Source of the DNA: Chitinophagales bacterium
Lineage (GTDB): Bacteria; Bacteroidota; Bacteroidia; Chitinophagales; JADIYW01
Direction: 5' to 3'
DNA length: 64,000 nucleotides
Assembly (NCBI GenBank): GCA_023957235.1
Contig: JAMLHI010000004.1
Location: 75,422 to 139,421, forward strand
Part shown: positions 11,287-21,465 of the stretch, one piece after another
How the letters are laid out: every line of letters begins with the position of its first letter
Numbering within the stretch: the first letter of the stretch is position 1
Program-made: the position numbers and the translations under genes
The notes under the pieces: model-generated
Told to the model about the DNA's origin: nothing
What the model saw: only the letters and a program-made list of their open reading frames with translations
Databases searched by the model: none

Positions 11287-12471
11287 TTGAAAACCATAAA
11301 TCAAAACAAAATAAATATGATTAAAAAATTTTTAGCAATCGGTACATTTTCATTAATGTCTGTTACTTTAACTTTTGCACAAAAAGGCAAAGTGAATTCT
11401 GCAGAATATAATTTATCTACAGGTGATGTTGTAAAAGCAAAGGAGAATATTGATGAAGCATTTTCAAGCCCAGATATGCTTGTATTTCCTAAAGCATGGA
11501 TAATTAAAGGTGATGTTTATAAAACAATATATGATTTAAGGGCTACTAATAAAGATTTATATAGTGCTACTCCTGATGCTTTGACTACTGCCAAAGATGC
11601 TTATTTAAAGGCTTTTGAAGTAGAAGTCAATCCTAAAAAGAAAAAAGATGTCAAAGAGGGTTTGGCTTCAGTGGGTGCTAATTTTTATAATGAAGGAATA
11701 GCATCTTTTACAAACAGTAACTGGGAAGACGCATTTAATAAGTTTAAAAACACGCTTTCAATCAGTGAGTTTTTATACAATAATCAAATCGAAACAGTGA
11801 TTGATACTCAAGCTTATTTTGTAGTATTATTATCGGCTTTTAATTCGCATCATTTTAAAGATGCTATTAGTGCAGGTGAAAAGTTAATATCATTGAATGA
11901 TGATAGAGATGTTATTTATACTGTGTTAATAGATGCTTATAAGCAGACAGGAGAGCAAGAAAAGTATGAAAATACAATTGCTCAAGCAAGAGCAAAATTT
12001 CCAAATAATATAGATATTCTTTTAAAAGAAATCAATTTGTATTTGGAAAAGGGAAAGATTGATGAATTGGAAGGTAAACTGAAAGAAGCTATTACTTTGG
12101 ATGCAAATAATCCTTCTTTATACCAAGCATTAGCCAATGTTTATGATAAAAAAGGTAATGAACAAGGAGCTTTTGATATGTATGATAAAGCAATCGCTAC
12201 TAAACCAGATTATTATGAGGCTTATTACAATAAAGCAATTTTATATTTTAATAAAGCAATGGAAGTAGTAGAAAGAATGAATGAGGAAAGTGATATGAAA
12301 AAATATGATTTACTCAAAGCTCAAAGGTTGGAATTGTTAGAAAATAAGGCGCTTCCTTTATTTCTTAAAGCATACTCATTAGCTCCTGATGATGCGAATG
12401 TCATTAAAGCATTGAAGGAAATCTATGCAAGATTAGATATGTTTGATGAAATCAAGAAATTAGGAAAGTAA
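11287..12471 (+). CDS. Secreted TPR-repeat protein
   Basis: Signal peptide (FSLMSVTLTFAQ) followed by repeated TPR-like helices (e.g. PSLYQALANVYDKKGNEQGAFDMYDKAI). The start may be the internal ATG at about 11317. Confidence 0.7.
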   Translation: MKTINQNKINMIKKFLAIGTFSLMSVTLTFAQKGKVNSAEYNLSTGDVVKAKENIDEAFSSPDMLVFPKAWIIKGDVYKTIYDLRATNKDLYSATPDALTTAKDAYLKAFEVEVNPKKKKDVKEGLASVGANFYNEGIASFTNSNWEDAFNKFKNTLSISEFLYNNQIETVIDTQAYFVVLLSAFNSHHFKDAISAGEKLISLNDDRDVIYTVLIDAYKQTGEQEKYENTIAQARAKFPNNIDILLKEINLYLEKGKIDELEGKLKEAITLDANNPSLYQALANVYDKKGNEQGAFDMYDKAIATKPDYYEAYYNKAILYFNKAMEVVERMNEESDMKKYDLLKAQRLELLENKALPLFLKAYSLAPDDANVIKALKEIYARLDMFDEIKKLGK

Positions 12472-12492
12472 TTTTCAATATTATTGTATATG

Positions 12493-12525
12493 AAACGGCT
12501 GTCCAAATCGGATAGCCGTTTTTTG
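12493..12525 (+). terminator. Intrinsic terminator after the TPR gene
   Basis: aaacggctgtcc / ggatagccgtt stem followed by ttttt. Confidence 0.75.
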
Positions 12526-12628
12526 TTAAGCTGGATGCTGAATAAAAATTCAAATATATGTTTGGATAATCTTATCAATTGGGTGCCATCATTTTTCAAA
12601 AAGCCTAGTTAGCCAATTCAAACATAGA

Positions 12629-13546
12629 TTATTTATGCATGATAGTAATTTCAAATAATGAAGTTACAGGAATATGATCAGATAAATCTTCTCCATCTCT
12701 TTGGAATTCATCACGAGCCTTGTTGTATCCGATTAATTTGAATTTTACTTGTTCATTAGAACGGTAAAAAATTCTGTCAACTGTCTCACAATTCGGAGAT
12801 AATGGATCTGTGCAATCCATTAATGATTCAGCACCTTTTGTAGGAAATATACCTTTGCGGACATATTCTATCCATGTATCTGTAAGGTTTAATTGCTGAA
12901 ATATTTCTAAAGTATCTACTGCTCTAGTGTATCTGCTATTAAAATCTCCCATCACTAAAATTGGCCTCCCATCCGAATGTTCTTGAATGTATTCAAATAC
13001 TTGTAAGATGTTTGCAGTTCTTGATTCATAATCTTTTTTATCTGAACCAGCATTGGTGTGTAGATCATATACATCTATTTTTACCCCATCAACAATTTCA
13101 ATTTGGGAATAAAAAAAACCTTTGGGTGTCAGACAGTCTGCTCCATTACATCTTTTCCATTTTATTCTTTTTAATCCTGATATTTTATATTCTCCCAATA
13201 AGTTGAGCCCATCTCCTATAGGGACAGGTCCCATCCATGAAGTTTTATTAGCATGTTTAGCAGTTTTGTATAATAAATGATTGTAGTTAAAATCTTCTTG
13301 AACGACTACTAAATTATAAGCATTGAGTCTGCGACCAATTTCTTCAGTATTTTTTAAAGGTTCACTACTAGAAAGTCCTTCAGGCAATCCAGCTACATTA
13401 TAGGTAATAGTATTTAAAGTATCAATGTATGGGTAAGAAATGGGAGGATTTATCTCTCTCGTTTTTTTGCTTTGTTCCTCTTTTTTGCATCCTATAATTA
13501 ATGCAGAAAGGAGAGTTAAAAAGAAAATAATTTTTGCGTTTTTCAT
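12629..13546 (-). CDS. Endonuclease/exonuclease/phosphatase (EEP) family lipoprotein
   Basis: Lipoprotein signal (LSALIIGCKKE). EEP motifs are present: YNVAGLP near the N-terminus, LVMGDFN, and C-terminal SDHIPV. Confidence 0.8.
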   Translation of the reverse strand: MKNAKIIFFLTLLSALIIGCKKEEQSKKTREINPPISYPYIDTLNTITYNVAGLPEGLSSSEPLKNTEEIGRRLNAYNLVVVQEDFNYNHLLYKTAKHANKTSWMGPVPIGDGLNLLGEYKISGLKRIKWKRCNGADCLTPKGFFYSQIEIVDGVKIDVYDLHTNAGSDKKDYESRTANILQVFEYIQEHSDGRPILVMGDFNSRYTRAVDTLEIFQQLNLTDTWIEYVRKGIFPTKGAESLMDCTDPLSPNCETVDRIFYRSNEQVKFKLIGYNKARDEFQRDGEDLSDHIPVTSLFEITIMHK

Positions 13547-13758
13547 TTACTTGTGTTTTCTAGTATTTAAATGTATAGAATTTCTCGATAAATCAACTAG
13601 GATGTATAGAAATTTGTAAATGTTTATGAATGAAATGTATTGGTGATTTTAATTCTATTATTAATTATTCTCACTCAATTGATATGGAAGACTTCATTTC
13701 GTCAAGCTAAATCTGAAAGTCAATGTTTATATGCAAACAGATTTTAGTATATGAATTC

Positions 13759-15762
13759 TTAATTTTTCAATCTGATTCCTTTATTTCTAATAGGTTTATC
13801 TGAAGAAGGTTCTGTAGGAATTATAGGCAAATTGGGTTCTTTCTTAATGAAGGAGGATTTTTTTGAGTCACTTTCTTTGAAAGTATCAATATTTTGTAAG
13901 CTATCTTCAATAGGAGGTCGAGCAGTGTCTGATGTAGAAGAAAGAGAATCCTTCTGAACAGGATGTTCTAAGAGGAATTTTTGATATTGAACAGTATCTC
14001 TGATTACATCCCATTTATCTTTGGGTTTGGATGTCCAATGCCACTTGAAATTATTGAGAAAATAGGTATTGAGCTGTATTTGTTGGATAGGAGTAAAGGT
14101 GGCTTCAGGACTTAATTCTATCTTTAACCTTTGGATCTCGTTATTATTGTTAAAGGAGATATTAATAAATGCACCTTTAGCTAGATTACCTCCAATATAT
14201 TCACTGCTGTCATTTTTGAGAAAGTAGATACATTCAGCATTTCCGTTCACTAATACATGTTGAATTTTATTGTCTAACAACCAACCGGTGATTTTTTTTC
14301 CAGCTATCTGATGATAGACATTAGGATCACTTTCTTTGATGATAATAGCATTGTCAAATAATTCAATTTTATCTGCTTTTCCATTTTTCATATAGATATA
14401 AATAGAGTCAGATAGAAGTTGAGTACTATCTATCCACAAAATAGGATGATAGTATAATTTGAAAATTGAATCCATACTATTAAAATAGATTGAATCACAT
14501 ATTCCAGAAAGTTGACTTCGGATAAATTTTACATTTTTATAGCCGTAAAATATTTTTATACTATCAAGGCTAGGTACTATAGAGTCTGTATTTTCAATAT
14601 TTTCATTCTCTTGGAGAATAGACATATTGTTGGTTTTAATAGTATCATTGTCAACAGTATCTTTCTTTTTTTGCTTATCCTTGACTGTAATGTTCATGTT
14701 GACATTTGTTGTATCAAGTGGTGTTTTCGCAGTATCCAAGGAAGGGGAATGTAGAGATTGTGTTAAAAATTTTTCTTTATTTATTGTGTAATTGATTAAA
14801 GTATCAGCACTTAAAAACAAGGTATCTTTTTCATCTTCATGAATCATCAAGGGGTTGGATGTAGCCAAAGTATATTTTAAGCTATCAGTATAATAAATCT
14901 GATTGGAGAGGAGAGTAGCTTTTTCTTTTATATTTCTTGAAATGATATTTCCTTGAGCAAAACCTTCTCCTTTATTTTTGTCGTAATCTAAAAAGTCTGC
15001 TTGTAAAGTGTTATCTATGCCATTTTTTATCAAAGGTCTTCCTTTTAAATAGGCTTTGTTTTTTTTAGAATCAAAATATCCGTCTCTAGTAATAATTGTG
15101 TCTTTATCTGAAATAATAGTTGTCTCAGAAATAAAATAGGCAATTTTTGAGTCATTATCATATTTCATAGAGTCTGCAAACATGATATAATCTGGACTTT
15201 TAAGAACGACATTTTCTCGAAAAACAGTATAACCTTCATGTTGGAAATAAGTTCCATTATTGCTTGTTAATGTAGTTGAGTCTGAAATAAGTTGACCATC
15301 ATTCCAAAAATGTCCAATGTCTTTATCTATTTCATAAGTCATCATGGGAGCACTTAATGTAGATGTCTTGTCTTTGAGAATTACGTTCTGTTCTAAGATT
15401 GCAATTTTACTATCGCCATTGTATTTGAGCAGACCAGAACGTATTTCGATGCTATCACCTTTTGTGATTTTTACTTTTCCCTGCGCTTCTAAATAATTTG
15501 AATTAGGAAATAAAATGGCGCTATCACAATTCATAAACGCTTCTTCATGCTTCAAACGTACATGACCATCGAGCTTTCTTTTAATGATTTGGGTGATAGT
15601 GTCAGTCTCTTGCTCTAAGAAATCTGAATGTATAATTTCAATCTTTCTGTGTGAAACAATTGTATCTGTTACCTTACTCTTAGGTAAGAGCTTTAAAGGG
15701 TCAAATGGTATTCCAATGTGGGTTTGTGCATGGAGGTTTGTATGAAAAAATGCTATACACAA
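13759..15762 (-). CDS. OstA-like (LptA/LptD N-terminal-type) repeat protein
   Basis: Long beta-rich protein with repeated OstA-like segments (ILEQNVILKD, VFRENVVLKS, GNAECIYF). It lies in an envelope cluster next to an MlaD-like gene. The start is ambiguous: the listed TTG gives a truncated signal peptide, and the frame stays open upstream to 15855 with only CTG/ATT/ATA candidates. Confidence 0.5.
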   Translation of the reverse strand: MCIAFFHTNLHAQTHIGIPFDPLKLLPKSKVTDTIVSHRKIEIIHSDFLEQETDTITQIIKRKLDGHVRLKHEEAFMNCDSAILFPNSNYLEAQGKVKITKGDSIEIRSGLLKYNGDSKIAILEQNVILKDKTSTLSAPMMTYEIDKDIGHFWNDGQLISDSTTLTSNNGTYFQHEGYTVFRENVVLKSPDYIMFADSMKYDNDSKIAYFISETTIISDKDTIITRDGYFDSKKNKAYLKGRPLIKNGIDNTLQADFLDYDKNKGEGFAQGNIISRNIKEKATLLSNQIYYTDSLKYTLATSNPLMIHEDEKDTLFLSADTLINYTINKEKFLTQSLHSPSLDTAKTPLDTTNVNMNITVKDKQKKKDTVDNDTIKTNNMSILQENENIENTDSIVPSLDSIKIFYGYKNVKFIRSQLSGICDSIYFNSMDSIFKLYYHPILWIDSTQLLSDSIYIYMKNGKADKIELFDNAIIIKESDPNVYHQIAGKKITGWLLDNKIQHVLVNGNAECIYFLKNDSSEYIGGNLAKGAFINISFNNNNEIQRLKIELSPEATFTPIQQIQLNTYFLNNFKWHWTSKPKDKWDVIRDTVQYQKFLLEHPVQKDSLSSTSDTARPPIEDSLQNIDTFKESDSKKSSFIKKEPNLPIIPTEPSSDKPIRNKGIRLKN

Positions 15763-15835
15763 AAATAATTTGAATATCTCAATCAGAAATTGTTGGATAT
15801 GGATACCCTTTTTGATAACATTTATACTTTTTGGT

Positions 15836-16822
15836 TTATTCTTTATTCTTTCTTTCTATCAGAGAAAAACTAACATATCTTTTGGGATTGGTTTTTAGAT
15901 CCTGAAGAAGATAATTTAAAGAATTAATGGTGCTGTCTATTGAGGTGTATAGATGTTCATCTTTAAAAATTTTCCCCATTGTTCCTTGACCTTCGTTAAT
16001 AGAAGCTAAAAGCGCATTCACTTCTTCTAATGTTTGTTTGATGGAGCTGACAGTGTTTTCTAAATCTACTTTAGATACTTTTTCAGAAACACTTTCAAAA
16101 TTTTTGATGATATTATCTATGCTTTGGCTGTTGTCTGCAATCTTTTTAGTGAGTTCATTGGTATTGGCCATTATGCCATCAGCATTTTTTATGATGTTTT
16201 CAATATTGCCCTTTTGTTGCTGAAATACAGAAGAAATATCTGCAAGAACTTTATTGGAATGTGCTAGGGTTGCACTGACATCTTCCATTGTTTTTTTCAA
16301 TGTGCTATTTTCCCCTTTACCGATAGCGATATGTACATCATTAATCATGGTATCTAGGGAACCAATTAATTTATCGGCTTTTTTGGAGATAGGTTCTAGC
16401 TGTTCAGTAATAGATTTGAACATATCTTTTGGGCTATTTCCTTGATAAATTTTATCTTCACTAAGGATGTTATTACTAATTCCTCTTTTGATGGAAATTG
16501 CCTTTTTACCTAATAAATCGATGCTTTCAATATCAAATTGACTATCCTCAGGGATGTTAAGGTCTTTGGGTAAAGATATGGTTACAACTACTTGATGCTT
16601 CAGGTCATTGGCTAATTCTATTTTTTTTACCCTTCCAACTTCCAATCCATTGATGACTACAGAATTAGCTGGATATAAACCTGTTGTATTACTAAAGTTG
16701 ATTTTGTAAAATAGACTTTTGCTAAAAATATCATTTCCTCTAAGATAGTTATAACCCAAAATCATTAAAACAAGACCTATGATAGTTAGGGCACCAACTG
16801 TAACTTCATTACGCAATTTCAA
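15836..16822 (-). CDS. MCE/MlaD-family protein
   Basis: N-terminal TM helix (VGALTIIGLVLMILGY), an MlaD domain (NSVVINGLEVGRVKKIEL) and a long helical C-terminal region. Confidence 0.75.
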   Translation of the reverse strand: MKLRNEVTVGALTIIGLVLMILGYNYLRGNDIFSKSLFYKINFSNTTGLYPANSVVINGLEVGRVKKIELANDLKHQVVVTISLPKDLNIPEDSQFDIESIDLLGKKAISIKRGISNNILSEDKIYQGNSPKDMFKSITEQLEPISKKADKLIGSLDTMINDVHIAIGKGENSTLKKTMEDVSATLAHSNKVLADISSVFQQQKGNIENIIKNADGIMANTNELTKKIADNSQSIDNIIKNFESVSEKVSKVDLENTVSSIKQTLEEVNALLASINEGQGTMGKIFKDEHLYTSIDSTINSLNYLLQDLKTNPKRYVSFSLIERKNKE

Positions 16823-16861
16823 GATATCAATTTTTCAGAGTCTAAATATATGAAATTCTTT

Positions 16862-18070
16862 TTATTGCAAGTATAATTTTGCTTCATTTGCGGATAATCT
16901 TACTCCTTGACTGTAAACAACAATAAAAGCATCTTTAAATCCTAGACTTCTTATGAAATCCATTTCTTTTTTTGCATCAGAATAGTTACCAAAATTACCA
17001 GCTAAATATTTGTATAAGTTATTTTGTTTTTCAAAGCTCAATGATTTGATTGAGTTATAAGGAGCTTGTTTAATATTTAATAATTGACTAGTGACGGCTA
17101 TTTGTATTTTATAGATGACACTGCTAGAAGAGGTTGTTTTTTTGTCTGTTGTTGAACTATTTGTATTTGATACTGTTGGGACTTGTCCGACTTCTTGATT
17201 AGTAGAGCTAGTTGTATTTGTTGGAGCAGTATTGACATTTATATTTTGAGATACAGAACCACTTTTAGTATTTTCTATTGAATTTTTATACTCTTTAAAT
17301 GCTTGAAACAAAGATTCTGCTATTTCATCTTGTCCATTTGAAGACACTAAATATTTTTCTTCAGAAGGGTTAGATAGAAAACCAATTTCTGTCAAAACAC
17401 TTGGCATTGTAGTTCTGTATAATACAACAAAACCTGCCTGTTTGACTCCTCTATTTGAACGGTTTAATACATGAGTATATTGATGTTGTATTTTATCAGC
17501 AAAGTACATGCTTTGCTCTAAAAATGCATTGAGATTAAGAGACATTAAAATACTTGACTCTGGGGAGTTAGGGTCAAAGCCATCATAGATATTTTCAGCA
17601 TCTTTTTCGTAAGAAATAACTGAGTTCTCTCTCTTGGCGACATCAAACTGGTCGTCAGTTTTGTGTTGTCCTAATACAAAAGTTTCTGTTCCAAAAGCTG
17701 TTCTGTTCGTTGTTGAATTACAATGAATGCTTATAAATAAGTCTGCTTTATTTCTATTGGCAATAGAGGCTCTTTCGCTCAAAGGAATAAAAACGTCTGT
17801 TTTACGAGTATAAATCACTTTGACATTTGGAAATGCCTTTTCTATTTTCTGGCCTAAAAGCAATACAACTTGAAGCGTTACAAGTTTCTCATAAGAACCA
17901 GCAGCGCCTTTTGCACCTACATCTTGACCTCCATGTCCAGCATCTAAAACAATAGTATTTACTTTGTATTCTTGTGCTTCTAAGTTGTTAAAATTAAGAA
18001 ATAAACTAGCCATCCAACAGAATGTTAGTAGAATACTTAATTTTTTTCTCAGTTTTATGGTTTTAACCAT
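16862..18070 (-). CDS. N-acetylmuramoyl-L-alanine amidase with C-terminal SPOR-like domain
   Basis: Amidase_3 motifs (VLDAGHGGQDVGA, FISIHCNS), a Ser/Thr/Asn-rich linker and a C-terminal SPOR-like segment (YKIQIAV...DAFIVVY). Confidence 0.85.
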   Translation of the reverse strand: MVKTIKLRKKLSILLTFCWMASLFLNFNNLEAQEYKVNTIVLDAGHGGQDVGAKGAAGSYEKLVTLQVVLLLGQKIEKAFPNVKVIYTRKTDVFIPLSERASIANRNKADLFISIHCNSTTNRTAFGTETFVLGQHKTDDQFDVAKRENSVISYEKDAENIYDGFDPNSPESSILMSLNLNAFLEQSMYFADKIQHQYTHVLNRSNRGVKQAGFVVLYRTTMPSVLTEIGFLSNPSEEKYLVSSNGQDEIAESLFQAFKEYKNSIENTKSGSVSQNINVNTAPTNTTSSTNQEVGQVPTVSNTNSSTTDKKTTSSSSVIYKIQIAVTSQLLNIKQAPYNSIKSLSFEKQNNLYKYLAGNFGNYSDAKKEMDFIRSLGFKDAFIVVYSQGVRLSANEAKLYLQ

Positions 18071-18122
18071 AATTTAGTGGCTTTAATTTGGTTTATTAAC
18101 TAAAAATCAAAATTCTTATTGC

Positions 18123-20819
18123 TTGAAAACTCTCACAAGTTTTTTTTGTCTTTTTTTTGTGACAAGTATTTCAGGGAAGTCGCTGATGGCTCAGACGGCT
18201 GCTCAAATACCTGTTGACGATTTCAAGCGTTCCAAATTTAATGCCGAAAGCTCGTCTTTTCCTAATATAGATTCAATAAATTCAAATAAAATTCCCGAAA
18301 ACACTCAAGAAATCTTCTTTGTTGATTCTACCGCATCAACGAAATCAATAAAATTTCATAAAGATACGCTTGATGCACCAGTTGATTACAAAGCCAAAGA
18401 CTCAATTATTTATGACATCCCGCAGAAAACGATGTACTTGTATGGCGATGCTTCTGTAGTATATAAGGATATCACTATCAAAGGAGGAGTTATTTCTTAT
18501 AATTGGGAGATTCAAGAAGTAGAATCTCAATGGGCTGTAGATTCAATGGGCAACAAAATTTACAAACCAGAATTCAATCAAGAAGATAATATTTTTCAAG
18601 CTGACCAGCTCAGATTTAATTTCAAATCCAAAAAAGGTAAGAGTATTGGTGCTGTTACTAGACAGAGTGATGGATATCTTCATTCTTCTGAAATTAAAAA
18701 TATTTCTGAAAATGTATTTTTTGGAAATAGTGTAAAATATACATCTTGTGAATATGACCATCCTCATTTTTATATTGAAATTGGGAAAGCCAAAATCATA
18801 AAAGACAAAGTGATAGTAGGCAAACCTGCCAATCTTGTCATTGAAGATACAAGGACTCCATTGTTTTTGCCCTTTGGAGTTTTCCCTATATTAAAAAAGA
18901 GAAATACAGGTCTGCTTATGCCTCAATATGGAGAAACTCAGGAATTAGGCTTTTATTTAAAAGGACTTGGTTATTATTGGGCGATTAATGACTATGTCAA
19001 CATGACAGTTACAGGTGATATATATACGCTAGGGAGCTGGGGGATTACTAATAATATGGACTTTAATAAAAGATATAAATATGCAGGGAACATAAATCTT
19101 TCATTTACCAGCCTCCAACAATCAGAAAAACGCTCATCTACCTTCACGAAACCTAGTAAAGAATTTTTTATCAATTCTAATTTCAGATTAGATCCAAAGA
19201 AATTATATAATGGTAATTTCAGTGCAAGTGTATATGCTGGTACAAAATCTTATCACCAATATAATGTTTCTGACGCACAGACATTTTTGAATAATACATA
19301 TCGTTCATCTATTTCTTATCAGAAATGGTGGGTGAATAAGCCTATGAGATTGAGTATTAGTGCTAATCATAGCCAAAATACACAGACTAAGGATATTAAT
19401 TTTCAATTGCCACAATTTAATTTTTCTGTTTCTAGAGTAAATCCTTTTCAAAGAAAGGTACAGACAGGCGGTAAGAAATGGTATGAAAATATTGGTTTTT
19501 CATATAATATGGATATGCAAAATCAAATCAATGCTAAAGATTCCTTATTGTTTACAAAAAAGACTTTGGAGGATATGCGCAATGGCATTAAACATAGTCT
19601 GCCAGTTAGTTCAGGTAGTTTCTCATTGGGTAAATTTTTGAATTTATCTTTGAATTTTGATTACACAGAAAGATGGTATTTTAAATATCAGGAAAGGATA
19701 TTCCATGAAGATTTGGATACTTTTTATGTTGAAGAAGTTACTAAAAAGGGATTTAAGATGGTCAGAGATTTTGGATTGAGTGCCAATTTTTCTACTAGAT
19801 TGTATGGAATGATTCAGTTTAAGAAAGGTAAAATTAAGGCTATTCGACATGTCGTTAACCCTCAAGTCAGTTTCAATTACAGACCTGATTTTGGCAAAGA
19901 AAAATGGGGATATTATGGCAAGGTACAGACTAGCCCTGAAGGAACATTTGCTACTTATAACAAGTTTGCTAAAGGTATATATGGTTCTCCTACTACTGGA
20001 GCAGTGGGAGGAATTAGCTTTAGTGTAAACAATAATATTGAAATGAAGGTGGCTTCAAAAAGAGATTCTGTTACAGGAGAAAAGAAGATACCTATTTTGG
20101 AAAATTTTAATTTTGGAGGCTCATACAATTTTATTGCCGATTCATTTCGCTTGTCTGATATACGCTTTTCTGCCAATAATAGGATTTCTAAATATTTGTC
20201 TTTTAATCTGAATGGAACATTAGATCCATATATTTATGACAAAGATCGAAATAGACGTACTCCTCTTCTAGGAATTGCTCATGGGGGTAAATGGTTAAGA
20301 TTAAAAAATTTGAGTTTAAATCTTAGTGGTACCTGGCAGTCTAAAAGTAGAGATGGCCTACCTTCAAATGGAGATGAATTTGATCCAAGATATGGTCTTC
20401 CAGATGATTCGCTCAATATAGATGGATATTATTCCAAAGATCAAGTATTCGGGATGCCATTAGCTTATGTGGATTTTAATATTCCTATTTCAATTAATTA
20501 TAATTATTCCTTGAATATTAATCGCTTTTACTCTAGAGGTAAAGATACATCTAGTATTGTTCAGACCTTGAGTGCTGGAATCAATTTTAGTTTGACACCC
20601 AAATGGAAAGTTAGTGTAAATACAGGATATGACTTTACCAACAAAGAAATTTCTAGGACAGATATTTCTGTTTATAGGGATTTACACTGTTGGCAACTTG
20701 CTTTCAATTGGGTGCCTTTGGGATTTCAGAAAAGTTTTTCTTTAGAATTGAATGTTAAATCACAGATGTTGAAAGACTTAAAGTTGGCTAAGCGTAAAAT
20801 GTGGGTAGATTATGATTAA
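18123..20819 (+). CDS. Putative LPS-assembly outer-membrane protein (Bacteroidota LptD-like)
   Basis: Length 898 aa. It has a signal peptide, an N-terminal OstA-like region and a long beta-barrel-like region with alternating aromatic/polar strands. It is divergent from the amidase gene. TTG start. Confidence 0.6.
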   Translation: MKTLTSFFCLFFVTSISGKSLMAQTAAQIPVDDFKRSKFNAESSSFPNIDSINSNKIPENTQEIFFVDSTASTKSIKFHKDTLDAPVDYKAKDSIIYDIPQKTMYLYGDASVVYKDITIKGGVISYNWEIQEVESQWAVDSMGNKIYKPEFNQEDNIFQADQLRFNFKSKKGKSIGAVTRQSDGYLHSSEIKNISENVFFGNSVKYTSCEYDHPHFYIEIGKAKIIKDKVIVGKPANLVIEDTRTPLFLPFGVFPILKKRNTGLLMPQYGETQELGFYLKGLGYYWAINDYVNMTVTGDIYTLGSWGITNNMDFNKRYKYAGNINLSFTSLQQSEKRSSTFTKPSKEFFINSNFRLDPKKLYNGNFSASVYAGTKSYHQYNVSDAQTFLNNTYRSSISYQKWWVNKPMRLSISANHSQNTQTKDINFQLPQFNFSVSRVNPFQRKVQTGGKKWYENIGFSYNMDMQNQINAKDSLLFTKKTLEDMRNGIKHSLPVSSGSFSLGKFLNLSLNFDYTERWYFKYQERIFHEDLDTFYVEEVTKKGFKMVRDFGLSANFSTRLYGMIQFKKGKIKAIRHVVNPQVSFNYRPDFGKEKWGYYGKVQTSPEGTFATYNKFAKGIYGSPTTGAVGGISFSVNNNIEMKVASKRDSVTGEKKIPILENFNFGGSYNFIADSFRLSDIRFSANNRISKYLSFNLNGTLDPYIYDKDRNRRTPLLGIAHGGKWLRLKNLSLNLSGTWQSKSRDGLPSNGDEFDPRYGLPDDSLNIDGYYSKDQVFGMPLAYVDFNIPISINYNYSLNINRFYSRGKDTSSIVQTLSAGINFSLTPKWKVSVNTGYDFTNKEISRTDISVYRDLHCWQLAFNWVPLGFQKSFSLELNVKSQMLKDLKLAKRKMWVDYD

Positions 20820-20848
20820 TTTATTTACTAGTCTTCAATCAAATTGAA

Positions 20849-20856
20849 TATATTTG
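20849..20856 (+). promoter_or_regulatory. -7 promoter box TATATTTG upstream of the DUF6580-like gene
   Basis: Exact TAnnTTTG match, 21 nt before the ATG at 20877. Confidence 0.4.
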
Positions 20857-20876
20857 CATTCTAATTATTAATTACT

Positions 20877-21410
20877 ATGAAAAGTTTTAAGATAGATAGC
20901 CAGCTAATTGTTATTTTGTCTATAGTCCTTTTTGCTATTATAGCAAGGGTGTTCACTTCGGGAATGATACCCAATTTTACGCCTATAGGTGCTTTAGCTT
21001 TATTTTCAGGTGCATATATTAAAGATTCAAAATGGGCGATGATTTTCCCAATCACTGCTTTATTAATTGGTGATTTGTTTTTAGGGTTTCACAATACGAT
21101 GATTTTTGTATATCTCTCATTTGCATTGATAATATTAATGAGCAGATTTATCAATTATAGAAATCATTCAGTTGCACGTATATTGGGTTCTACATTATTA
21201 GGTACTATATTATTTTTCTTAGTCACAAATTTTGGTGTATGGGCTCTTACAGGAATGTATGAAATGTCATTTTCTGGATTGATGAGTTGTTATGTAATGG
21301 GTCTTCCATTTTTGAGAAATTCTTTGATGGGAGATTTGTTTTATGTTACAGTGTTTTTTGGTGCTTTTGAGACTATCAAACATTACATGCTATCTTATAA
21401 AGTAGTTTAA
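20877..21410 (+). CDS. DUF6580-like polytopic membrane protein (putative transporter component)
   Basis: Length 177 aa with about 5 TM helices. The motif PNFTPIGALALFSGAY is characteristic of this Bacteroidota family as I recall it. Confidence 0.6.
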   Translation: MKSFKIDSQLIVILSIVLFAIIARVFTSGMIPNFTPIGALALFSGAYIKDSKWAMIFPITALLIGDLFLGFHNTMIFVYLSFALIILMSRFINYRNHSVARILGSTLLGTILFFLVTNFGVWALTGMYEMSFSGLMSCYVMGLPFLRNSLMGDLFYVTVFFGAFETIKHYMLSYKVV

Positions 21411-21465
21411 TTTTTTTGTAATAATTTGGTATTGTTTTCTTGTATAGTTATAATTTTTTTACAGT

